Source: Candidatus Bathyarchaeum sp. (GTDB lineage: Archaea; Thermoproteota; Bathyarchaeia; Bathyarchaeales; Bathyarchaeaceae). From it: a stretch of 18,282 nt of DNA. Where the stretch lies: the NCBI GenBank assembly GCA_026014495.1, contig JAOZIF010000054.1:1-18282 (forward strand), given 5' to 3'. A program made the position numbers and the translations under genes. The notes beneath the pieces were generated by a model that was given only the letters and a program-made list of their open reading frames with translations, had not been told where the DNA came from and ran no database searches. How positions within the stretch are numbered: the stretch's first letter is position 1; every line of letters starts with the position of its first letter. This document shows positions 7,707-14,867 of this stretch, in pieces.

Positions 7707-8732
7707 ATGGCTGGTGTATTGACTATATGTCGTAAAGAACTTTCAGACCATCTTGGAAGTAAACGTTACCTGTTGCTATTTGCTTTGATTGTAGTTCTAT
7801 CTGTTTTATCAGCATACACAGGTTCTGAATACATAAGAGACAACCCAAATTCTAGCTTCACAAGCATATTTTCTGGCTCTATGAACAGCAGTTTTTCTTT
7901 CATCTACTTGATGGTTCTGTTCGGTCCAATTATTGGATTGGCTTTAGGCTTTGATGCAATAAATCGAGAGCGAACCCGAGGCAGTCTATCTGTAATTCTT
8001 TCCCAACCAATATTCAGGGATTCTATTCTTAACGGCAAATTCATCGCAGGCGTAGCCGCTCTTTCATTGTTAGCAGTAAGCACTGTTGGAATAATAACGG
8101 GTATATCAATACCAATGTTAGGCTATGGTCCAGGCGGCGAAGACATCCTAAGGATAGGCTTGTTTACGTTACTCACAATACTTTACCTGTCAATCTGGCT
8201 GGCTGTAGGTCTGCTATTCTCAACAATGACTAAAAGCACAACAACCTCTATACTTATGTCCATCTCCACTTGGTTGTTCTTCTCTATCCTCATCTCAATT
8301 CTAGCAACATTGGTGGCCAATGCAGTTGTGCCCGTCGAAGTTGCTTCAGGATTTCAAATGGTGCAAGGAGGAAATCAAACAATGGGTGACATACGTGACT
8401 TAGAGGACATGGCATCAGCATTCAACAGAACCCAAACATTTCAGCAAACTGAAACAAGCGAATACATGGAATCAATGGAAGAAAACGCTAACCTTGAAGC
8501 AACTATCCAAAAAATCTCGCCCACATATCTATACGAAGAAGCATCTCAGTCCCTGCTTGGAGTAACTGAAGGCGGATTTGGGCAAGGAGGAAACCCATTC
8601 CAAGCTTTAGAGACAACTCAAAGTGTGTCTTCAAGCTGGCCACAGGTAACAGTTTTAGCAGTTGTTCTAATTGCCTGCTTTGCTTCATCATACATGCTGT
8701 TCTTACGCCAAGAAATCAGAGCTGGAGGTTAG
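7707..8732 (+). CDS. ABC-2 type permease (COG1277/NosY-like) with a large extracellular loop
   Basis: ICRKELSDHLGSKR, LALGFDAINRERTRGSLSVILSQPIFRDSILNGKF, about six TM segments. SD GGAGG; 3-nt gap after the ATPase. Confidence 0.92.
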   Translation: MAGVLTICRKELSDHLGSKRYLLLFALIVVLSVLSAYTGSEYIRDNPNSSFTSIFSGSMNSSFSFIYLMVLFGPIIGLALGFDAINRERTRGSLSVILSQPIFRDSILNGKFIAGVAALSLLAVSTVGIITGISIPMLGYGPGGEDILRIGLFTLLTILYLSIWLAVGLLFSTMTKSTTTSILMSISTWLFFSILISILATLVANAVVPVEVASGFQMVQGGNQTMGDIRDLEDMASAFNRTQTFQQTETSEYMESMEENANLEATIQKISPTYLYEEASQSLLGVTEGGFGQGGNPFQALETTQSVSSSWPQVTVLAVVLIACFASSYMLFLRQEIRAGG

Positions 8733-8742
8733 ACTCCTCTAA

Positions 8743-8767
8743 TTAGTTGCTACTGGTATGCAACTAA
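8743..8767. other. 8-9-8 inverted repeat 10 nt after the permease stop (possible 3'-end hairpin)
   Basis: ttagttgc-tactggtat-gcaactaa. Confidence 0.35.
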
Positions 8768-9033
8768 CAAACACAACAATCAATTGAATGTTGATTTCTC
8801 CTTAATCGGGGGGGGATCAGCATTATTTCCTTTTTTCATTTTTTAATTATGCTCTTTTAATTGTTACTTTGGTGATGTTAAATGTTGTATTTGACCAAAA
8901 GATATGGCGACGAAAAAAAACAATGTATTGTCTATGTGCTTTGGTTCTCCTAATCTTTTAACATACAAAAATAAGCATTAACGTGTTTTTCTAGGAAAAT
9001 TTCTTAACCAACATATTTTTTGATATATTACAA

Positions 9034-9130
9034 AAGAATAGGGGTTTGCTGAGGCTCCTGCACGCGCATTAGAGGAGAAAAAAATGAAAAAAACAAAACA
9101 GCTACTACAGCTTTAGTTATTTTTCATTTT
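9034..9130 (+). repeat. ~100-bp dispersed element, copy 1 (inverted relative to copy 2)
   Basis: Hand alignment to the reverse complement of 13808-13906 gives 90 of 100 columns identical (6 substitutions, 4 gap positions). Contains GGGGTTTGCTGAGGC, GAGGAG-A7-TG and a long hairpin at 9081-9130. Confidence 0.9.
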
Positions 9131-9301
9131 CACTTTTTTCACACATTCACACTTTCAGAACAGTATCTGTTTAATGCTTGTTCTTATATTATTGATAAAA
9201 AAAGTGATAACGTGTTGTTTTATCCAGTATTTTTGATGATTGGTTCCAGCAATAACTGATATATTGCTCTGCACCTTTTTGAGTGAACAGGTAGAACCAA
9301 C

Positions 9302-10366
9302 TTGGATTGCGAAATCAAAATCGATGAAATTGACGTGCAGATTTTAAAAACTGTACTAAGCAATCCACGCGTCAGCTTTGCAGAAATCGCGAGACAATGC
9401 AAGATGTCAACCAATGCTATACGTATGAGGTTTAAAAGTTTGGAAGAAGCTGGCGTGATTACTGGTGCAAAATTACATGTAAGTCCCAAAATATTGGGAT
9501 TTGGATGCACTGCATCTTTGAATATCCAAGCACGTGTCAATGATGAGGAAAGTGTTTATGATTATTTGCAGAGCATTCCCAGTGTTTTCTTATGTTTTCA
9601 TTGGTTAAGCAAATGGAACTTTAACTGTGTTGTGGGCTTAAAGGATACTGCTGAACTAGCAGATTTGGTTGAACAAATAAAACGGCATTCAGGCGTTATT
9701 GATGTACAATCCTATATCTGGGTTGAACAAAAAAATGTGGATTTCCCAAAAAACCTCATCATTAAACCAACAGATAAACCGATATGTACAACTGAATTTT
9801 TACAAAACGAAACTAATCAGAAATTTGCATTCATTACTCAACCTGTTGATAACTTAGAATATCTGCATTATCTAAAAGAATCATTTAACATGGACCAAAC
9901 TGATTTGCGAATACTTAGAATCTTATCCGAAAATGCTTCCATTCCTTTCAGGAAAATCGCTAAGCAGCTTGACATTTCAACACAATCTGTAATACGACGA
10001 TACTCTAACTTGAAAAAAAACTTGAAGCTTTTTTCCTCAACGTCATTAAACCTTAAAAAACTAGGGTATGAAAGTATTATTGTTCTGTTCATAACTGCAT
10101 TGCCTCAATTTGAGACATCTCAAGTATTTGATAAACTATCTCAGATTCCGAACGTAATCACATTACACAAATGCTTTGGCTCGATTGATATATTGGCTAT
10201 AGCCCCTTTAACAAACTTTAAGCAACTATTTGATCTGAAACAAAGAGTCGTTAATACACTGGGTGTTAAGTCAATTGAAATATCTATGGGTGAACCGTTT
10301 TCCAGTTGGCCCCTGAACCCATTTGCTTCCCTTTTTGAAAAGCTTTCAAGTGAAGAGAACCAATGA
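9302..10366 (+). CDS. Tandem (double) Lrp/AsnC-family transcriptional regulator: two HTH+RAM units in one polypeptide
   Basis: Unit 1: IDEIDVQILKTV..NPRVSFAEIARQCKMSTNAIRMRFKSLEEAGVI. Unit 2: MDQTDLRILRILSENASIPFRKIAKQLDISTQSVIRRY. Each is followed by a RAM-like domain. The TTG start aligns with the start of the 15837 paralog. Confidence 0.92.
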   Translation: MDCEIKIDEIDVQILKTVLSNPRVSFAEIARQCKMSTNAIRMRFKSLEEAGVITGAKLHVSPKILGFGCTASLNIQARVNDEESVYDYLQSIPSVFLCFHWLSKWNFNCVVGLKDTAELADLVEQIKRHSGVIDVQSYIWVEQKNVDFPKNLIIKPTDKPICTTEFLQNETNQKFAFITQPVDNLEYLHYLKESFNMDQTDLRILRILSENASIPFRKIAKQLDISTQSVIRRYSNLKKNLKLFSSTSLNLKKLGYESIIVLFITALPQFETSQVFDKLSQIPNVITLHKCFGSIDILAIAPLTNFKQLFDLKQRVVNTLGVKSIEISMGEPFSSWPLNPFASLFEKLSSEENQ

Positions 10367-10420
10367 ACGCGAAATGCTTACATACTAACTTTGGTCGCCA
10401 ATTGTGTGATGTTTTACACG

Positions 10421-10594
10421 TTAATGTTGTGCCGTTAGTAAGTCAAGTTGTATACTCATTGGGTTGTGGGTAAGTTTTCGTCCGCAAGAGGGACATCTGC
10501 ATTCGTTTTTTGCTCGAACGTAGTATGGTGAAATGACTTCGCGTCCAGTGAATAGGGTTTTGCCGCATCCGTGGCATGATATTGATACTGCCAT
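10421..10594 (-). CDS. Small zinc-ribbon protein (57 aa; CxxC-x23-CxxC)
   Basis: MAVSISCHGCGKTLF...CRCPSCGRKL. ATG 10594 lies 1 nt after the stop of the upstream small ORF, so it is preferred over the track start at 10612. Confidence 0.75.
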   Translation of the reverse strand: MAVSISCHGCGKTLFTGREVISPYYVRAKNECRCPSCGRKLTHNPMSIQLDLLTAQH

Positions 10595-10595
10595 T

Positions 10596-10721
10596 TTAGG
10601 CAACCAGCACAAAGTTTGTTTCTAGAAGATTCTGGATTTCCTCATATCGTTCCTCTTCTGCGAGGATTTGGATGTAATTTAGTCTTTTTTTTACTTGGTC
10701 TTTGTAGTTTATTGTTTTCAA
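10596..10721 (-). CDS. 41-aa charged helical micro-protein (re-called start within track ORF 10596-10937)
   Basis: TTG at 10721 has a GGAGG SD 7 nt upstream (10729-10733) and a TTATTATA box at 10760-10767. Product MKTINYKDQVKKRLNYIQILAEEERYEEIQNLLETNFVLVA. Its stop abuts the zinc-ribbon ATG. Confidence 0.5.
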   Translation of the reverse strand: MKTINYKDQVKKRLNYIQILAEEERYEEIQNLLETNFVLVA

Positions 10722-10932
10722 TGTTTTTCCTCCTGTTGTTATCGCATCTTGTTGAATTGTATAATAAGGCTGGCGCCTGAACGACTTACAAAAGGGGGGA
10801 GAGAGGAGAGTGAAACTAAAAGAGAGGCTATCTGTAATTGGTGTTTGTTTTACTTTTTGGGGGGCTATCTGTTGCTTTCTTCTCTTTTTTATGTGAACTC
10901 GTGTTATTGGATGACTCCTTACATGTTTTAAC

Positions 10933-10966
10933 ATCATAACCTTATATGAGCATTTTAGGTTATGAT
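10933..10966. promoter_or_regulatory. Perfect 10-14-10 palindrome in the divergent region upstream of propeller gene 1
   Basis: atcataacct-N14-aggttatgat, flanked by ttaa on both sides. A second 6-7-6 palindrome, aatgtt-aaatctg-aacatt, lies at 10994-11012. Confidence 0.55.
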
Positions 10967-11052
10967 TTAATATTTTAAGTTGTTTTTATAGCAAATGTTA
11001 AATCTGAACATTAATCATAACTACTGGTCATTATCATAAAGGAGAAAAAAAG

Positions 11053-13728
11053 TTGAGAACAACCAAAAAATATCAATCAGTAAAACAAAAAACAGTTACA
11101 CTCAGTTTAGTTCTAATGTTAACCCTTTCAGCTATGGTAGTTGCTTTACCACTCATTCATGCGCAGGACGCGGACACATGGGACACCTATGCTTACATAG
11201 TTGTTTCACCAAACCCAACAGGCGTTAATCAAGCTGTCTTCGTAGTCTTTTGGATTGACAAAATTCCAGTATCAGCAGCAGGTGTTGGGGGTGACCGCTG
11301 GACTGATTACCGAATTAAAGTCACCAAGCCAAATGGCGACATTGACAACTTAGGACCATACATCTCTGACCCCACATCATCAGCATACGATATTTACACA
11401 CCTGACCAAATCGGTACATACTCGTTTGAGTTTACCTTCCCTGGACAGGTAGCCTCTTTGTATCACCCAGAAACAGGTATTGCTGGCTCAAACAGCCCAT
11501 ACATCGGTGATACTTTTCTAGGCAGCAGCGCAACAACAACTCTTACGGTAACCGAAGATGTAGTAGAGAAGATTCCGGAATATCCACTTCCAACAGAGTA
11601 CTGGACAAGACCAATAGAAGGACAAAACACAGCATGGGCAAGCATATCATCCAACTGGCTAAATGGAGACCCCGTTAGCACCTACAATTACCAGCCAGAC
11701 GGACTTGCACCTAACACAGCTCACGTAATGTGGACAAAATATCTACAAGACGGAGGAGTTGTTGGAGGCAACACCGCCATCGAGGGTCAAACCTACTACA
11801 TGGGTGACTCGTACGAAATGAGGTTCAATAATCCAATGATTATCCAAGGAAGACTCTACTACGACCTCCCACTGAGTAGCGACAAAAGCGGTGGAGGTTA
11901 CATGTGCGTTGATTTGCTTACTGGCGAAACAATATGGTACAGTGAAGACCTAGCTGTTGCAGATAATGCAGCACCATCATTTGGTCAAATCTTTGACTAC
12001 GAATCGTTCAACCAGCACGGTGCAACCAACGGCTACTTATGGCAAACTGCAGGCAACACTTGGAACGCATATGATGCAGTCACAGGAAAATGGCTATTCA
12101 CTCAAACCGAGGTCCCTTCAGGAACACAAAAATACGGTGACTATGGCGAGATATTGCGTTACGTGTATGACTCGGAAAACAAGTGGCTTGCTTTGTGGAA
12201 CAACACTCAGCACAACGTAGGACTAGAGAGGGCAACCACAGCTGATGGAACCACCGCAAATGACTATCAATGGCGACCTGTTGGAAAAGAGGTCAACATG
12301 AGCACAGCATACACATGGAACGTGACATTACCAAGTTCAATACCTGACGATTCAAGCGTTGTCCATGTTATCCCTGATGACTTAATGCTTTGTAGTACTC
12401 CCACCAATCCGTCAGGCTTTGCTAATTACGGAACATTGGCGCACACCATGTTTGCTATTAGTCTAAATCCTGCAACAAGAGGTGACCTACTATGGACGAA
12501 AACCTTCCCAACTGTAGACGGAGACATAAGCCAATTTACCGGTCCAATTGATGAAGTGAACCGTGTTTTCACAAAACTGAACAAAGAAACTATGCAATGG
12601 TCAGGCTATAGCCTAGACGACGGAAGCTACTTGTGGGGTCCAGTTGGAAATCCAAGAGACTTCCAAGTTTACAGTTCAAGGAGTGGAGGTGCAGGCTCGC
12701 AAGGAACAAGCGCTTATGGCATACTTTATGACGCAGGTTATGGTGGATTAGTCATCGCTTATGACACAGCGAACGGAGATGTTTTGTGGACTTATGGTAA
12801 CGGCGGAGAGGGCAACAGCACTAACAGTGGTCTTGAAACAGCATGGGGTAACTATCCAACTTTCATAGGCTGTATTGCAGACGGAAAAATCTACACTTTC
12901 ACCGCTGAGCACTCTGTTAACATGCCAATCTACAAAGACGCAAGAATACGTTGCATCGACGCTTTCACTGGAGAAGAACTATGGACTTTGATGGGCTTTG
13001 CTACTTCAACAAGTTTCTACAGTAGAATCGGAGCAATTGCAGATGGGTACCTAGCATATCTGAACGCCTATGACGGTCAAGTATACTGCATTGGCAAAGG
13101 ACCAAGCGAAACAACAGTCACAGCTTCACCTGAAATTATCGCATGTGGCACTAGCGTGATGATAAAGGGCTCAGTCATTGATACTGCTTCAGGCACAACA
13201 CAAAATGAGCAAGCTGCACGATTCCCACACGGTGTTCCCGCAGTTGCTGACAGCTGTATGAGCGAGTGGATGGAGTATGTGTACATGCAAAAGCCATTCC
13301 CAGACAACGTCGAAGGTGTTAGAGTAACCTTGACGGCAGTTGACGCAAACGGTAACACACAAAACATTGGCACAGTTACCACTGATGCTTCTGGAATGTT
13401 CAAGAAGATGTGGACTCCAGAGATTGAAGGCGAATACACTGTTATCGCTACCTTTGCAGGAACTGAATCCTATTGGGGTTCATACGCGCAAACAGCGTTC
13501 GGTGTTGATCCTGCCGTTTCTACAGCAGTTCCAATAACTCCAGAAGAACCAGAAACACCTGATACAGAAACTCCCGACACAGAAACACCTGACACTGAGA
13601 CACCAGACACAGAACAGCCAACAGCAGAAACAGCTCTGATTTCCACAGAAGTAGCAATCATTGCTGTTGTTGCAGTAGCTGTTGTCGTAGGTGCAGCAGC
13701 ATTCTGGACACTACGGAAACGAAAATAA
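11053..13728 (+). CDS. Membrane-anchored surface protein with PQQ-like (Trp-docking) beta-propeller, flanking Ig-like domains, Pro/Thr stalk and C-terminal TM
   Basis: Signal peptide ending ..VVALPLIHA. Repeats CVDLLTGETIW, AYDAVTGKW, YSLDDGSYLW, AYDTANGDVLW and CIDAFTGEELW. C-terminal TM + RKRK. SD AAGGAG before the TTG. Confidence 0.92.
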   Translation: MRTTKKYQSVKQKTVTLSLVLMLTLSAMVVALPLIHAQDADTWDTYAYIVVSPNPTGVNQAVFVVFWIDKIPVSAAGVGGDRWTDYRIKVTKPNGDIDNLGPYISDPTSSAYDIYTPDQIGTYSFEFTFPGQVASLYHPETGIAGSNSPYIGDTFLGSSATTTLTVTEDVVEKIPEYPLPTEYWTRPIEGQNTAWASISSNWLNGDPVSTYNYQPDGLAPNTAHVMWTKYLQDGGVVGGNTAIEGQTYYMGDSYEMRFNNPMIIQGRLYYDLPLSSDKSGGGYMCVDLLTGETIWYSEDLAVADNAAPSFGQIFDYESFNQHGATNGYLWQTAGNTWNAYDAVTGKWLFTQTEVPSGTQKYGDYGEILRYVYDSENKWLALWNNTQHNVGLERATTADGTTANDYQWRPVGKEVNMSTAYTWNVTLPSSIPDDSSVVHVIPDDLMLCSTPTNPSGFANYGTLAHTMFAISLNPATRGDLLWTKTFPTVDGDISQFTGPIDEVNRVFTKLNKETMQWSGYSLDDGSYLWGPVGNPRDFQVYSSRSGGAGSQGTSAYGILYDAGYGGLVIAYDTANGDVLWTYGNGGEGNSTNSGLETAWGNYPTFIGCIADGKIYTFTAEHSVNMPIYKDARIRCIDAFTGEELWTLMGFATSTSFYSRIGAIADGYLAYLNAYDGQVYCIGKGPSETTVTASPEIIACGTSVMIKGSVIDTASGTTQNEQAARFPHGVPAVADSCMSEWMEYVYMQKPFPDNVEGVRVTLTAVDANGNTQNIGTVTTDASGMFKKMWTPEIEGEYTVIATFAGTESYWGSYAQTAFGVDPAVSTAVPITPEEPETPDTETPDTETPDTETPDTEQPTAETALISTEVAIIAVVAVAVVVGAAAFWTLRKRK
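13552..13611 (+). repeat. Coding tandem repeat, 4 x 15 bp, encoding (ETPDT)4
   Basis: gaaacacctgataca/gaaactcccgacaca/gaaacacctgacact/gagacaccagacaca; units differ only at synonymous positions. Confidence 0.9.
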
Positions 13729-13735
13729 ACCAAAA

Positions 13736-13757
13736 TTTTCCCTCCCTTCTTTTTTTT
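13736..13757 (+). terminator. Archaeal-type pyrimidine/oligo-T terminator
   Basis: ttttccctcccttctttttttt starting 8 nt after the stop at 13728. Confidence 0.55.
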
Positions 13758-13807
13758 GGGAGTAAAACTTCAATGGAAGAAAAAGGGGCTGAAAAGGCTC
13801 AGGCACA

Positions 13808-13906
13808 AAAATGAAAAATAACAAAAGCTGTAGTAGCTATTTTGTTTTTTTCATTTTTTCTCCTCTTTAATGCACTGTGCATGGGCCTCAGCAAACCCCA
13901 ATTCTT
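13808..13906 (-). repeat. ~100-bp dispersed element, copy 2 (inverted relative to copy 1)
   Basis: Reverse complement matches 9034-9130 at 90 of 100 columns. Hairpin at 13808-13857: aaaatgaaaaa-t-aacaaa-agct-gtagt-agct-at-tttgtt-tttttcatttt. Confidence 0.9.
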
Positions 13907-14104
13907 CTGATTTTTCTGTGAACTAAAAATTGTACTAAAAAAGAGAGAACGTCATGTATATTTTTGAATCAAGTGATTTTCTGGATCAGTACTTGGTTCG
14001 AGACCTAGCTTGTGAAAAACAAAATGAAACCTCGGAACGTTATGTGAAGAGATGTTTCCTAAACTGTGGCGATATACTCGCGTTTAACACTCAGAACAGA
14101 ACTC

Positions 14105-14653
14105 TCATTTTTGTTTAACTTTTTTGTATATCTTGTATCCAATGTAGCCGCCTGCTGCGCTTTCTGCTATTATTACCGGTGATAACAGTATAACTACGTT
14201 AACATACTGTGCCATAGCCTCTGGCGTATAAACAAGAGGTTTGATTAATGTGCCAAAAAATGGAATCATTATCCATAACGCTACAGTAGTTAGTATAGAC
14301 CACAACATCAATTTGTTGTTTTTTTTGAATACAGCATACCCTCTGTTGAACAGTAAATCTCCAAAAAATCCAGCTACTACATGCCCTAGTCTGCTTATTA
14401 TATTAAATGGTGCCCCACCTAAATATGTGGGTGTGATAAGTAAAGCATATAATGTAAATTGAGTGAAAAAACGCCATCTTCTTCCTTCATATAAGAGCGA
14501 TGAAAAACTAGTAATTATCGCTGAAACTATGGTAAATATGTAATTTATTCCAAGTATTCCTGTTATTAGACCTGCAATCTGAACACATGATATTGCCGTA
14601 ATAAACCCTAATACTGCCATATTAACGATTAACATCAGGTCTTTGCTATCCAT
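14105..14653 (-). CDS. Integral membrane protein, probable ECF-transporter S component (MptD/Trep_Strep-like)
   Basis: 182 aa with about six hydrophobic segments. N-terminal MDSKDLMLI and C-terminal GGYIGYKIYKK resemble the termini of MptD-like S components. Recognised by pattern only. Confidence 0.62.
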   Translation of the reverse strand: MDSKDLMLIVNMAVLGFITAISCVQIAGLITGILGINYIFTIVSAIITSFSSLLYEGRRWRFFTQFTLYALLITPTYLGGAPFNIISRLGHVVAGFFGDLLFNRGYAVFKKNNKLMLWSILTTVALWIMIPFFGTLIKPLVYTPEAMAQYVNVVILLSPVIIAESAAGGYIGYKIYKKVKQK

Positions 14654-14807
14654 TAATCATCACAATCATTCAGTCCTGTTTTTCTTTGTAGCCTTCAAAT
14701 GGTTTTGAGATGTTTTCACTCAATTTTTAGTTTCCTTTTTAATTGTTGCAAATATAACACTTTCTTAACCCCCCATTTTGACTGGAAAAAAATTACCTGT
14801 AGTAAAT

Positions 14808-14834
14808 GAATTGGTTAATAATTTAACCCAATTC
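14808..14834. promoter_or_regulatory. Imperfect palindrome between the Lrp pair and the S-component gene
   Basis: gaattgg-ttaa-taat-ttaa-c-ccaattc (11 bp with one bulge). Confidence 0.35.
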
Positions 14835-14867
14835 TGCGAACCGTGAGTAAAAGTGTACAATTTGGGT

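Noticed and set aside
835-8691. Short alternative-frame and antisense ORFs overlapping the main genes (e.g. 835-1098, 1679-1906, 2351-2653, 3588-3908, 5218-5574, 5818-6117, 7034-7318, 8503-8691)
   Set aside because: All lie within well-supported genes and show no recognisable motifs or translation signals.
9041-9075. TPP-riboswitch resemblance of GGGG...GCTGAG in the repeat
   Set aside because: The downstream conserved TPP core (CTGAGA..ACCC..GAACCTGA...AGGGA) is absent.
10722-10937. N-terminal 72-aa extension of the track ORF 10596-10937
   Set aside because: A TATA box and a strong SD lie inside it and point to TTG 10721; the extension crosses a terminator-like tract.
11053-13728. Functional call as a PQQ-dependent alcohol or glucose dehydrogenase
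   Set aside because: Only the structural Trp-docking repeats are recognisable; no vicinal Cys-Cys and no PQQ biosynthesis genes in the window.
9034-13906. Composite transposon
   Set aside because: No transposase or integrase inside or nearby, and no target-site duplication at the outer ends (tattacaa vs ctgatttt).
13815-13910. Hydrophobic peptide KITKAVVAILFFSFFLLFNALCMG in the repeat (type I toxin-like)
   Set aside because: No in-frame start (preceded by TGA), and the frame is broken by indels in copy 1; A-rich then T-rich DNA yields such peptides by default.
13954-14118. 54-aa plus-strand ORF (MYIFESSDFLDQ...TLIFV) below the track threshold
   Set aside because: Weak SD, no motif, and it overlaps the 3' end of the S-component gene; cannot be supported without homologs.
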